Shown here one piece after another: positions 14,885 through 28,136 of a stretch of DNA of 64,000 bases. Within the stretch, counting starts at the first letter, position 1. Every line of letters starts with the position of its first letter. This DNA comes from Malacoraja senta (lineage: Eukaryota), in the NCBI GenBank assembly GCA_038087875.1, contig CM075990.1, positions 12,154,001 through 12,218,000 on the forward strand. The letters are read 5' to 3'. Under the pieces are notes generated by a model, which saw only the letters and a list, made by a program, of their open reading frames with translations, ran no database searches and was not told the origin of the DNA. Made by a program: the position numbers and the translations under genes.

Positions 14885-16721
14885 GTATGATTCATCGTCT
14901 TTACACTTTAGAGACGGAGAAACATAGACGTAGAAAACAAGTGCAGGAGTGAGCAATTTGGCCCTTTGAGCCAGCACCACCATTCAATACGATCATGGCT
15001 GATCATCCAAAACCAGTAACCCGTTCCTGCTTTCTCCCCATATCCCTTGATTCCGTTAACCCGAACATCGCGCGGAACATTCGGTGATCACCCCATACAC
15101 TAGCACGATCCTATACACTAGTGACATTCTACAATTTACAGAAGCTAACTAACCTACAAACCTGCACGTCTTTGGGCTGTGGGAGGAAACCGTAGCACAT
15201 GGAGAAAACCCACGCAGTTCAGGAGGAGAATCTACAAACTCCGTACAGACAGCACCCATAGTCAGGATCGAACCCGGGAGTCTGGCGCTGAAAGGCAGCA
15301 GCTCTACCACTGCACCACCCCCTTGCTCCCTTCCCTTTACAGGTACACACAGGGAGCCAGGGGGAGTTCTCTTGGGCATGGGAAGCTGACCAAATCCCAC
15401 CTTTCATTTCCCTGATGCGATGACACTGTCGTAAAGAAGACTACCTGAAATGATTGTGTGCGCTGATGAGGAGACGTTGGACAGGCTAGGTGTCCATTGG
15501 GTGGAGTTTAGAATTTGAGACAGGGCCAACTCTTGCACTGCCATGGACTTGTTTTCTAATTGTGTATTTTTGCACAAATTCCTTTTTTCTTGCAGTTTTT
15601 CTCTTCTCGTTGTCTTGTTGTCTTGTCCCATTTATGTGTCATTTATGTCTTTGTGTGTTGAGTGGTTGTGTCAAAACCAGGTCGAACAAAACTGAATACA
15701 ATACTCCAGATGTGGCCTCTCCAACGTCTTGTACACTTCAAAGGTTATTTATTGTCACGTGTACCGAGGTACGGTGAAATATGATTTGCCATGCTGTGGA
15801 TATGAGCGAGAGACCATATCCAAAGTATGGATAATTGTGAAATTGCAGAGACCAATTGTGAAATTGCAGAGAGAGAGAGAGAGCGAGAGAGAGAGAGAGA
15901 GAGATGGTTGTCTTATTGATTCCGGGAGGGAGATGCAGGAGGGTACATTTCACTGAAATGATTTCAGTGCGAGGAAATCTGTAGAACATGTAAAATACTA
16001 ACTGCAAAAAAAGGCAATCAATAGGAGAAGTTGTACAAAGACTAATCAACATTAAAATTAATTTGAGTGGATTTGCTTTTTATGCAGCAGAATGTGATTG
16101 CAGGCAATTTGGTTGCCATCTTTATCAATGTTAGCATATTAATCAGAGGCAATGACAAATAACCTAGAAGTCAGTGTAATTTATTATTCATTTATTTAGA
16201 ATTTAATTTGCAGCCATTAATGACTTCCGGCATCAGAGAGAGATGATGCCATTTGACGATGCATTTGTAATGTTCATTTATTGTGGCTAAATTTGACCTC
16301 TGTGCTTGTGAAAAACTTGAGTTTTATATACTGCCTTTTACAATCTGGGGATGTTGAAAAGTAGTTTATAGTCTGACGGACCTTTTAAAATGTGGTCACC
16401 TTTATCCCCCGCAGTACATAACAAGCTCCCACAAATAACACAAGTGGAGATTAAAAGTAAAGCACAAAGTGCTGGAGTAACATTGTGGCAATAACCCTTC
16501 AGCCCACCAAGTCCACGTCAACCAGCTATCACCCATACAGCAGTTGTGTCTTACACACTGGGGACAATTTACAGAAGCCAATTAACCTGCAGACCTTCAC
16601 GTCTTTGGAGTGTGTGAGGAAACTGGAGCTCCCCAAGAAAACCCACGGGGTGAACGTGCAAACTCCATACAGACAGCACCGTCAGGATCGAACCCAGGTC
16701 TCTGGTGCTGTAAAGCAGTAA

Positions 16722-16910
16722 AGGGCCTGTCCCACTTGGCTGTCATTTGTGCGTCACGCAGATGGCGAGCGAAGATTTTGTACATCACAAAACCCTGCAA
16801 CGCCGAGCGTGGCCGCGCGTCACTGCCTATGTCATCGCGCACCATGCGTCGTGACGCGTAACGATGTTGCGTAAATTACGTGCAAATGACGGGCAAGTGG
16901 GACAGGCCCT
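16722..16910. mobile_element. Harbinger-type MITE (tgacgc family) inside a V-SINE head
   Basis: Perfect agggcctgtcccacttg TIRs and TAA TSD (16719-16721, 16911-16913). The empty site restores gtaaagcagTAActctacc. Confidence 0.88.
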
Positions 16911-19006
16911 TAACTCTACCGCTGCACCACTGGGCTGCCCAACTGAATCCCTTACTGAATGCATTCACTTGAGATCAGTGAAATAGATATCTGGAAAATT
17001 AACTAAAACCCTATTAAATCAGTTGATTTAGAGCTGGTTCAATGGCCAATAAATATGATTGAAATAATCATAGAACATATTACAGTCTAGCATAGGATTC
17101 AAGCCCTTTGACCCACGATGTGCGTAGTGAACATGATGTCAAGTTAAACTAATCGCCTCTCCCCGCTCTTCATTCCCCACAGAGGGTCTGTACATGGGGC
17201 CGTCCGTACGACTACGGAGGGTTTATGGCCCCAAACACAGATGAACAAAGGAGGAAGGACTGGCTGAACTTTGTTGCCTTCCACCACAGTGAAGAATGCT
17301 GTGGTGGATGTTTGCGTTAAATTCTATAGTGTATTGTGTGTTCTTTTTTTAAGTGTATCGCTGCTGGCAAATTCATTTCACTGCACCTTCGGGTGCATGT
17401 GATGAATAAATTTGACTTTGACTTTGATATCCATGCGCCCATCTAAAATCCTCTTAAATGCATCCATCATATCTGCCTTCACCGCCACACCTCGTGGCAC
17501 GTTCCAGACACCCTGTGTAAAAACTTGCCCCACAAGGTCTCCTTTACACTTTACCCCTCTAACCATAAAGCTGTGCCCTCTAGTCCTTGACATTTCCACC
17601 CCCCAGTTCTGACTGCTCACCCTCTCTACGCCTCTCATATTCAGTCTAACCCTCAGTCTCTGTCATTGCAGAGAAAACAATCCAAGTCTGTGCAACCTCT
17701 TCTTTTAACCAAAGATAGGCACAAAATGCTGGAGTAACTCAGCGGGACAGGCAAGGAATGGGTGTGACATTTGAGAGAAGGAATGGGTGACGTTTCGGGT
17801 GGAGTCCCTCCTCTAGACTCTTATAACGAGATCACTTGCTTCTCATGGCTCTGGTGAGCATCTCTTGATTTGGAGATGGGTCAAGCAACGAGCATTAAAT
17901 GTCCAAACGATGGGGGATTCACGTGGATTGTTGTTCAGTTGTCCACAAACTGATGGACTGGTGTTACCTCTCAAAGACACAGCTCATTGCTTGGTGTCTA
18001 TCTGTGCGTGCAGCTAGGCTTCTTGTGTCTACAGATGGTCACAGTGGTACTAGTGTCACAGTTTGACTTGAATGAAATACTAGCTCTGCATGAAACGAAC
18101 TGGAGCAATCGCTTTCTGACAACCTGATTCAACTTGCAAATGAGCAAGGCTGCTGCAGGAACCAATGTGAAATTCATCAACGTCTGTGTAAAAAGAATGA
18201 CATGGGCTTGTGTAAAGTCTTTCCCCGCCTCGGGACATATTTTACAATCATAATTGACGATTCATAAAGCATGGAAACAGACCCTTCGGCCCAACAAGTC
18301 CATGCTGACCATCAAGTGGGCATTTTACACAACTTATTTTATTCTTCCCTCACTAATCAATACTCTACCCCAACCTCTACACAGGAGGCAATTTTACAGC
18401 AGCTACTTAACCAACCAATCAACACACCTTTGGTGTGTGAGGGGGGGCCAGAATACCAGCAGGAAGTGCATGTTGGTGCTGGGAAAACATGCAAACACCA
18501 CACAGAAAGCACCAAGGGATCAGGATCATCAGCTGGGTCCTTGACCCATCACTGGGTCATTAGCACCACTGTGCCGCCCGTACTCACCGACATACTTGTC
18601 GACGTGCAGCCACTGTCGCAGTGTGTGGTCTTGTTCCATTGTAGAAGAACACGGCATGGGAACTTGCCATTTGGCCCACCATGTCTATGTGAAGGGTCTC
18701 AACGCTGCTCTCCTCCATTGTCAGCTCCGAGGGACCTCGAGCCGACCTGGGGGGCGTTGAAGCTTTTCCCCAAACAGCCGCAATCTGTGCTGTTGTATAA
18801 AAGAGGGCAGTGATCTTTAGCCGCGGTGTCTGCCTTTGTGAGGATGTGGTACCTTCTCCAGCGACTCTTCATTGTCACCCCTCTACCAACCTACCCTTAG
18901 TGTGTACAGGATATAGCGAACGATGGCACGGTTAAGAAATCCATCGCTGAAACGAGAATAAAAAAGCTGGGATAAATAAATGTCAATTAATTTCTCTTTG
19001 TTTCAG

Positions 19007-19135
19007 GACCAGGATAAAGACCACCCACTCTCCACGTTGGCTAACCTGGCGATCACTATCACAGATATCCAGGACATGGACCCCATTTTCATCAACCTTC
19101 CTTACAGCACAAACATACATGAAAACTCCACACCT
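19007..19135 (+). CDS. cdh23: Cadherin-23 internal coding exon, 129 bp, phase 0/0
   Basis: tttcAG acceptor (19005-19006) and GTgagt donor (19136). Translates DQDKDHPLSTLANLAITITDIQDMDPIFINLPYSTNIHENSTP, in frame with the previous exon, with the CDH23-type linker DxQDMDPIF. Confidence 0.95.
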
Positions 19136-21444
19136 GTGAGTAGCAGTGTTTTATCTTTTATATCTCTCTGCAATAAGATATAAGCATTGCAGCAATAACT
19201 TCCTAAATGTATGTTGGACGAGGATTTTTAAAATGTCGCTAAGAAAGGCGGGGAAGGAGGGCAAGTTATGATGAAATTGTGACTATGCATTGGGACAGGT
19301 TGAGTTGGTGGCCTAAAATTTAGCAAATTGAAATTAATGTGGGCGATTGTGGGAACATAGTCAAAGGGCAGGTTATTATCTAAATGGAAAGAGACTGCAA
19401 ATGAGTATAAAGGGTGACGTTTCAGGTCGAGACCCTCATTCTGACGTCTGAAGAAGGGTCTCAACCCGCTACGTCACTCATTCCTTCTCTCCAGAGATGC
19501 TGCCTGTCCCGCTGAATTACTCCAGCATTTTGTGTCTATCTTCGGTTTAAACCAGCATCTGCAGTTCTTTCCTATACAATGAAAACTGGTGGGCGAGTTT
19601 AGCAAGAGGTTGAGATTGCAAATGGCCATTAGTTTAGTTCAATTTAGAGTTACAGCAGGGAAACAAGCTCTTCGGCCCACCGAGTCCGCGCCGACCAGCG
19701 ATCCCCGAACATTAACATCATCCTACACATACCAGGGCAATTTACAATTTTTACCAAAGCCAATTGGCCTTCAAACCTGTATGTCTTTGGAGTGCGGGAG
19801 GAAACCGGAGCTCCCGGAGAAAACCCATGCAGGTCAGGGGGAGAACGTACAAACTCCACACAGACAGCACCCGTGGTCAGGATCGAATCCGGGTCTCTGG
19901 CGCTGTAAGGCAGCAACTCTTAACGCCGCGCCACCATGCTGTCTTATTGCAAAGAGTTTGGAGTTTAGCAATAGGGAAGTGTTGACATGATCTTGGTGAA
20001 GCCAAACATGGAGTAGTGTACACACTTAGGGTCCCCTAACCAAAGAAAAGGGGAATAGGCAATGCAAAAGGGATTCTCCAGGCTAATTCCTTGGATGTGC
20101 GGATTGTCTCTCAGGATAGACTAAACATATTAGGTCTGTGTTCTTTTGAGTTTAGAATAATAAGTGTTGACCTTATTGAAGCAATAAGTGTTGACCTTAT
20201 TGACAGAGTAATGTTGAGATACTTTCCACCAGTTGTCCTTTGTTGTGTTAGCTGTATTTGGGGCCATCTCATATTCACGTATGTGGCCCTTTCTTGAAGA
20301 GGGGTTTGAAGATAAGGGATGGTCATTAAAAACCAAGGTACAAAACATTTTCTTGCTGCAGAAAGTAGTGAATCTCTGGCTTTCTCTGCCCCAGAGAGTT
20401 GTAGATGCCAGCTCATGAGAAATACTTAACATGGAGGAAGATAAGTCATAGATATAAGACTTGATTATTGTTTTTGTTTCTTCAGGGATGTATTCTCAGT
20501 GCATATTAATGTTTTATCTCAACCCATGAACCCTTACTTTCAATAGAAATTTTGTGTGGTAACTAATTGAATGTCTTTTTCAATCTAAATATGTTACATC
20601 TACTAGTTCTCCCTTATCCATCCCGTGACTCACATCTCAAGTATGATTTCCCTAACATAAGAGCATAAAGCCTATGCCGCTGGTTTTCGCTGCTCAAATA
20701 GTGAATGATTCATGTAAATATTTCTCAGAAATTGTAACTTCCTTCAGAGGTACTTTAAAACACTGTTCTAATGCCTCCTTGAGCAATGCCACCAAGTCTG
20801 GTTTGATCCTTCGAATATATTAAAGCCATCATTATTTTATCAGACCTCATACCAAATATGAATGCGCAGTCCTTTACCTTGGGTAAAGAATCAAGATCCA
20901 GGTGACCTAGGTTTAAGGTGAGAGGGGAAAGAATAGTAAGATTAAACGAGAACTTACCTAAGTTTGAAGTTTGATCTTTATTTTATGAGGAGTTACGTAG
21001 GTGATTACGTGAAGAACCCCGCCAGTGCGCCTGCACGTCAATCTTTAAAGCAGCGGTGTGAAATCACAAAAAACAACAACCGAAGTAATATAGTCTCATA
21101 ATAAAACGAGTAATACAAGAACTTCCATCTGACCTTTATGATAGAGGGTAGGGTCGTGGTGGGCACGTAATCACCTACGTAACTCCTCATGAAATAAAGA
21201 TCAAACTTCAAACTTAGGTAAGTTCTCGTTTAATCTTACTATTTTACTTCGAGTCACGTGAGTGACTACGTGAAGATTTTAAAGCTTTGTGATTTCATGC
21301 CGTAGATCAATCCCGGATTCTCACTGCATTGATTGACTCGGAACGAGAATAATCAATCATGCATTCATAATAACATTTGTACCACAAATGCAGTAATTCA
21401 TTTCAATAATGAAATGAATCAGATCCCCTTTAAACCAGAGGAAT

Positions 21445-22440
21445 TTACACAGAACTTAAAATAGTTTCTGCAAACAATCCCGCATTAACAATAGGCCGAT
21501 GGTAAAAATGTTGAAACATCAACTCATTGGACCACCCGGCGACTGCGAGGATATGGTCGACAGGGACGTCTTTCGCCCTGGCCGCCGACTTTTCTGCTGC
21601 CCTAGTCAAGTGAGACGTAAATACATCAGTGTTAATACCAGCAGCTGTTAAGACTTATTTTATCCATCTGGAAATAGTCTGTACTGAAACTCTCTTGTGT
21701 GGTTTCTTGTGTGTAATCAACAACCCAGTTTCCATATTTCTCAAATTCTTTGTGACCTCCATGTATTGTAACAAATATGTCTTAACACAGAGACAAGGAT
21801 CATTTGGATATGCTGCTAGCACAATTTTAAATCCTGTCACACCTGCTTTGCTTTAGTAGGTCATAGATATAGAATGTAACCTTGTCTTCAGTTACTTCCA
21901 TCCTGTCTATTTGTAATTTGCCAAGTGTTTGCACTCGTTGTGTTGTCACTAATGCCATAAGCAGGACTACTTTCATACTGAGCTTGGCCAAAAGTAAAGA
22001 CACACTTGGTGACCATTCACGAAGTAGTTTCAGTACCACACTTACATCCCAGATTGTCATGTACCTAGGTTTCGGTGGTTTGGAATTAAAGATTCCTTTC
22101 ATTAATCTGGAAACAAGTGGGTGTGACCCAATTGAGTTTCTTTCTGAATCCAGAACCAAATATGAGGACAATGCACTTCTGGCTGAATTAATTGCACTAC
22201 AACTCAGACCTTCATCATAATAAAGTTTTGACAGAAATTCTAAACATTTGAAATATCTGCAGTACCATATTGCACATTCTTTTGTACACAGAACTCTTCC
22301 CATTTCTTAATATAAGAAAGGTACTGTTTTTGAGTGCTCTTCCTCCAGGCTGCCGTAAGCATGTCCACAGTATGCTCAGACAGTCCTCGCCCCAGAAAAG
22401 GCATTCTTAAAACCTGCAAATCAACAAATCCAAACGATCA
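21445..22440 (-). pseudogene. DIRS tyrosine recombinase, frameshifted (boundaries approximate)
   Basis: AINSARSALS, HPLVSRLMKGIFNSKPPKPRY..WDV, LLMALVTTQRVQTL. My translation of ~21490-21630 (-) gives FTSHLTRAA...ILAVAGWSNELMFQHFYHRP, containing the catalytic HxxR, W and Y positions. Confidence 0.88.
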
Positions 22441-24166
22441 TATAATGGATGTTGTTCCCCTGTACAGGGTGCAGCAATAAATTACTCCTTTTTGGGACTT
22501 TCATCAACATTTGTGTTGTTAATTCTAATATCAACGGATACCATGGCTGTGTAGGCCAATCTGGTACTACCAATACCCCTGAAGCAGCATCTTGCCTGAT
22601 TTTAAGGAAACATTGGCTTATGAGGCAGAAAGGTGGAAATATATATGAAAACATACCACCCCAATGTAGCGAGAAAGCATCAATCGCCACTGCTCCTGGA
22701 TCTGGTTTCCATGAGACATATCGCGATAGCTGATGATTCACTCTGGATGCGAACAAGTCGATGTCGGGCATTCCAAATCTGATTACTATATCATTGAATA
22801 CCTCTCGATTCAACATCCATTCTTTATTATCATGGAACTTTCGTGACCTGGTGTCTGCTATCGTGTTCATTCTACCTGGTAGATGGATAGCTGAAATCCA
22901 AATGTTCTTTTCAATACACCAAGACCAAAGTTGATTAGCCATTTTGTCACATGACACCGACTTGATTCCACCCATATCATTAATATAGGCAACTGCTGTT
23001 GTGTTATCAATCTGAACTTGAACATGCCTTTTAGTTGTGTTAGAACAATAAGCTTGGAGTCCATAGAAACATCCTAAAAGCTCCAAATAGTTAATTCCCC
23101 ATGTCTGCAGTAACAATGACTCTTCCTGATTCCATCTGCCTCCGCAGCTAGATGCTAAGTCAGTTGCACCCCATCCTAGTGCACTGGCATCAGTTTGTAA
23201 TATCATGGAAGGTTGTTCAATCAGCACTTTGCCAGAACTGCTTGAGACATGCAGAATCCACCACTGCAGATCAGAAACAGCATTTGTTGTTAGTTACATG
23301 GTTCTATCAAAATGACCAGCATTCATTCTCAGTGCCTGTTCTTTAACTCTCTGCAGCTGTTGATAATGTAATGGTCCATATTGGACTGCTGGGAATGCTG
23401 CTACTAATTTTCCCAGTACTCGAGCCACTTGTCTGATTGAGGGATTTTGCTCGTTTAACAGATTACTGCAATCTTTAATCAACTCCACCCTTTTTTCACT
23501 GGGCAAAGTAATTTTCATTTGGACTGAATCAATTGTGAACCCCAAATAATCAATCGAGGTACATGTTGTTAACCTTGATTTCTTTGGATGAATTAGAAAA
23601 CCCCAAACTTTCAAAAGTTGATTTCACAACTGCAACAGATGCTTCTGTTGACTCTTTTGTCCTTCCTATAATCAGGACATCATCCAAGTATGCCATTAGT
23701 ACATGCCCCTCGCTTCTCAGCATCCCCAGAATTGATTTTAACAATTTTGTGAATATTCTGGGAGCGGACGTTATCCCATTAGGCAAAGCTTTGAACTGCA
23801 ATAACTGGTTCATCCATTTAAATTTAAGATACTTCCTATCTTCCAAGTGACTGAATAATATGCATCTTTTAAATCTATAGTTGCCATATAACATGCTTCT
23901 GAGATAAGTTGTTTGGCAGTCACAAATGTCTCCATTTTAAAATGTCTAAATTGAACAAAAGGATTCAGACTTGTCAAGTCTAGAATAATCCTACATCCTC
24001 TATCCATTTTTGATCGAGGGAATATATTTGACACAAATTGGTGATTTTGGTAGACTGATTCTTCAATAACACCTTTTATATATAGGGTTTGAAGCGCAGC
24101 TTGAACCTCCATCACTTCTTTTTGTGCAAAGTGGAGAGTTCTGCTAGGAACATGCTGGACAGGCAA
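22421..24166 (-). pseudogene. DIRS pol: reverse transcriptase, RNase H and DNA N6-adenine methyltransferase-like domain, frameshifted
   Basis: RT motifs RIILDLTSLN..FKMET, LPNGITSAPRIFTK, AYLDDVLI. RNase H motifs QTDASALGWGA, INYLELLG, IDNTTAVAYIN. MT-like motifs DIDLFAS, IDAFSLHW, YIFPPF, VPDWPTQPWYP. Split across four ORFs. Confidence 0.9.
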
Positions 24167-24430
24167 ATCATAATTTGGATTGAATTCAATTCAAAATCCT
24201 TATATACTATTCAGAATTACCACATCTGAAGTAATCTTCTTCCAATTGTTATAGAAGAGACGTAATCTGCCTCCAACTTTTGGACTTAATCCGGTTAGTA
24301 TGTTCCCATGAGAACCAGGTCCACCTACCTCTTGAGTCATTTGAGTACCCTGAGATCCCTGGATTCTCCCGGAAGCACCCCCACTGGTTCTTGCTCCCGC
24401 TGCAGGCCGCCAGCTACGTCCCTGCGTTGA

Positions 24431-25375
24431 TTAGCGACTTGGTCCTGGTCCAGGATCCGTATGACGTCTGAAAGGATACTTCCTCTTTACAGACTTTACA
24501 ACCATTGATGTTTTCATCAATCCTGTTTTCGCTCCATCTTCCAACTCTTTAATACGTCTCCCGAGATCCTCTCCAAAGAGTAAGTTGGGTAATTGTATAT
24601 TACTTGGTTTGCAGAGTGCTGCGAATTTCGGATTCATAGTAGGCCGTATAGCACCTTTCCTCAAATAATTGATCTCGAAGTGGGTGCTGCATAGCAACCC
24701 CAGTGCTTCCTGATGCAACTCCGTCATCACTTGGCTTTTATCCGCTATTCTGGCAAAAGCAGTTATTCCAGAACCCAGCAGCTTTAATATTCTCTGTAAT
24801 TTCAATTCTTGAGTTTCTCATAGTCATACTCAACTGATTCCAGATAATTTGATTCACTGCAACACCCAGTTACTTGGGGTCTCATGCTTTCTTGCAGTCT
24901 CATCCATCTCCTGCTGTTCCAGCTGATGGGAAACCAAGTAATTTATTAGGGAGGCCAATTCTTCTCCTAATGGCTCTCCTGACCCTGACGGGGCAGCGAA
25001 TCGTACTGCCAGTGGTGGAATATCTGCCAGCTGCCGTTCTTCGCCTTATACAGCCTCACCGTCAGAGTCGGGGTCTGAAATCTCATGACCCGTGGCACGC
25101 TCCTCATACCTGAGGGTGCATTCCATCAGCCCTGTACCAGGAGCTGTCGAGCTGCTTCCAGCAGCTTGGATTTCAGTACACTCTTCACTGAGTGTGCTTC
25201 GCTCCAACAGCCTATGTAGAAGGCTTTCCATTTGGACAATACGCTCAAATGCAGTATCAATCCCTGGAGCTATTTCCATTGCCTGGGACTCCTCCTCCGT
25301 GGGCCGTGTAGATTTAAATTTGGCCTTTCGCCCGACAGGCGTTGACTGCCCCAGGTCCACAGTCGCTATGCTCAC
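24431..25375 (-). pseudogene. DIRS ORF1 (gag-like), fragmented
   Basis: ORF pieces 25046-25375 and 24431-24805 (HFEINYLRKGAIRPTMNPKFAALCKPS..LLFGEDL) lie upstream of RT inside the element. Assignment is by position and resemblance. Confidence 0.6.
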
Positions 25376-25912
25376 CGCTGGCGACTGTACCGGGGTTTAG
25401 AGGCGGTCGGTCGCTAACCGCAGACTCCCGACTTTCTGTCGGCTGAGTCGCTCGCCTCTTCCCCCTGCCCGTTTTTTTCCATGGCATCTGGAAAAAATCC
25501 CCACAGACCCACAGTAAACGGACCTGGAAAACATGAAAAAAGTTTCTACTTGTAGTTGAAAAACTACAAATCCACCTCACGTCCATTTGCGTCAAGGCGT
25601 CTGACGTAATGACGCGCAGGCGCACTGGCGGGGTTCTTCACGTAGTCACTCACGTGACTCCAAAGTAAAATTAATAGGAACCTGAAGGGGAAGTTTTTCA
25701 CACAGAGGATAGTGGAAATATGGAACGAGCTGCCAGAAGAAGTGGTTAAGGCAAATACTACAAAACCATTTTAAAGATATTTGGACTGCTACATGGACAG
25801 GGAAGGTTTAGAGGATTATTGGCCAAATGATGGCAAATGGGACTAGTGTAGATAGGACATCGTGGTTGGCATGAGCAGGTTGGGTCGAAGGGCCTGTTTC
25901 CATGCTATAAGT

Positions 25913-25940
25913 CTGAAGAAGGGTCTGGACCCGAAACGTC
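25913..25940 (+). ncRNA. Minimal hammerhead-ribozyme-like motif in a PLE end
   Basis: CTGAAGA-A-GGGTCtgGACCC-GAAACGTC: CUGANGA box, hairpin II, GAAA box, minimal AC/GT helix III and GUC triplet. Helix I is weak. Confidence 0.55.
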
Positions 25941-27812
25941 ACCCATTCCTTCTCTCCAGAGATGCTGCCTGTCCAGCTGAGTTCCTCCAGCATTTTGTGT
26001 CTATCTTCCATGCTGTAAGAATCCGACTCTTTGACTCAATCCATGAGCCTTCCCGTGGATGCTTTACTAATGTTATTAGCTGCTCAGAGTTAGAAATGAT
26101 TAAGGTAAATTATATGGTAGACAAAAATGCTGGAGAAACTCAGCGGGTGAGGCAACATCTATGGAGCGAAGGAATAGGTGACGTTTCGGGTCAAGACCTT
26201 TCTTCAGATTGATGTGGGGGTGGGGGGTGGGAAGAAGAAAGGAAGAGGCGGAGACAGTAGGCTGTTGGAGAGCTGGGAAGGGGAGGGGAAGGAGGGAGAA
26301 AGCCAATGTTCATACCGCTGGGGTGTAAACTACCCAAGCGTGAAAGCAAGGACTACCTGAAACTGGAGAATTCAATGTTCATACCGCTGGGGTGTTTCTT
26401 AAACAAGGTCAATTATATATACGGTTATCATTTTTACTCTGCATTTCACACATTGGGGATTTGACTTGCTGTCTTCTCAAGAGTGGTGGACTGCTCAACA
26501 TGAGGAATGGCTTGGAGCTGGGCACCCATTCTAGCCTCACATCAGTTTAACACATCCATAGTTATGGCCCAGGTGGATAGCAACTCAGCAACCACCGAAG
26601 AGATTACAGAAAGATTACTTTATGCACCAGCTTCCCCAACCAAATGCCACTAAAAATAAATGAGCTGACTAATCTTTGTGACAATATTTAGCTGAGCATG
26701 TTGGAGCATATAATGGCTACGGGTGTTGCACTTTGAAGTAATTAATTTCTGAGATGGAGTGAGTTCAATATATAAATGCAAGTCTAGGCATCATGTAATT
26801 CTTTTGATGCACTGAAGGTTTAAAAATCTAGAGATTTGTAAATATGTTTCCAGTTGCGATGTCAAAGCATTGGTGTGAAATTACTCACCTTTAAACTTGT
26901 TAATCAAGTTAATGACTGTGATGAAGTGACTTGTTTGTCCCTGACATGGTGAAGGTTTATGGTGGCCCATAAAACTCAACAACTCTGAATGTCCAAGTGT
27001 GGAACCTGCAATAAAACTGGAACCCCTTATTTAAACTTCTAAAGATGTGCAGTGCCATTTGGTTAGAACCAAATCTTCCTGGGGTATTTCAATTAATATC
27101 CACATTACAGCCCTATTTTTGTATACAGCCTTGCTCAGCAGTGCATCAATCCCTTTAATTAAATATTTAAAGATAATTGAAGTGAATAGTAAAGATTAAG
27201 TGCTCATGTATCAATGAGGCTCAATCGACCATTTCCTTCAAGTGCTGCAATAATGGGAACCAAGGGCTTGTGTCACTGTTGGTACTTTTAATATTCAACC
27301 CATGTGCTTTCAGTCAGAAATAATTACCAACAAACTGGAGTTACTCTTCTAAAACGCAGAATAATCGGCCCTGCGGTTCTCTGTTTAGATGCAAATAGCA
27401 GTGGCTTCGGAGACTATCTGGTACGTTTTTCTCTGTGTGAGGCTAATACGTTAAAATAGTGAAGAGAGACTTTCAAAACCTCTGTTGTATCCATTATAAA
27501 TATAATTAAAACGGCTCCAAATCTCTTAATCCTTTTTATATCAAGGAAATTAAATGATACACAGAGAGTTGCATTTATTTAATGAAATTACTACATAATA
27601 GAATTTAATTATTAGCTGCAACAAATGCTTCTAACTGAACATAAACACGATGGTAGTTTTACACCCCAAGGGATATTCTCAGGGATATCTTGTGGCTTTC
27701 AGTTGTCCTACTTGACACAATGTAATCCACACAGCCCTCTACCTCTCCCACCACCATCTCACACACAGTGGCGGCTAGTCCTTGGTATACACTGAGTTCT
27801 TGCTTTTAAAGA

Positions 27813-28136
27813 GGGCAGTCACGGTGGCGCAGCGGTAGAGTTGCTGCCTGACAGCGAATGCAGCACCAGAGACCCTGGTTCGATCCCGACCATGGGTGCT
27901 GTCTGTACGGAGTTTGTACGTTCTCCCCGCGACCTACGTGGGTTTTCTCCGAGATCTACTGTTTCCTCCCACACTCCAAAGACGTACAGGTTTGTAGGTT
28001 AATTGGCTTGGTAAATGTAAAAAATTGTCCCTAGTGGGTAGGATAATGTTAATGTACGGGGTGATCGCTGGTCGGCGCGGACCCGGTGGGCTGAAGGGCC
28101 TGTTTCCGTGATGCATCTCTAAACTAAAACTGAACT
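27813..28136 (+). mobile_element. tRNA-derived V-SINE (HE1-like), full-length representative
   Basis: A box tggcgcagcgg (27825), B box gttcgatcc (27878), V-domain-like ggagtttgtacgttctcccc..ttcctcccacactccaaagacg, LINE-type tail gaagggcctgtttcc..ctaaactaaa. Other copies at about 1-123, 1210-1475, 8015-8302, 13650-13885, 15075-15320, 16490-16935, 19630-19937, 31130-31450, 38240-38545, 39150-39427, 47130-47420, 49465-49750, 50205-50497, 51088-51675, 54265-54555, 56752-57645, 60258-60552 and 62545-62845. Confidence 0.85.

Larger units (their letters stand above)
20932..25671 (-). mobile_element. DIRS1-like tyrosine-recombinase retrotransposon, full length (~4.7 kb), ORFs decayed
   Basis: Minus-strand order gag-like, RT, RNase H, methyltransferase-like, tyrosine recombinase. 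Inverted repeat ~21006-21040 vs ~25610-25644. Internal complementary region ~21165-21275 matches both termini. It splits a CR1 fragment that rejoins when the element is removed. Confidence 0.93.

Noticed and set aside
20158..20203. 24-bp tandem duplication (aataagtgttgaccttattga) with a small hairpin
   Set aside because: A local duplication within a decayed CR1 fragment, with no sign of function.
27820..27895. tRNA genes (A and B boxes here and at ~20 other sites)
   Set aside because: Each continues into the SINE core and tail; these are SINE heads.
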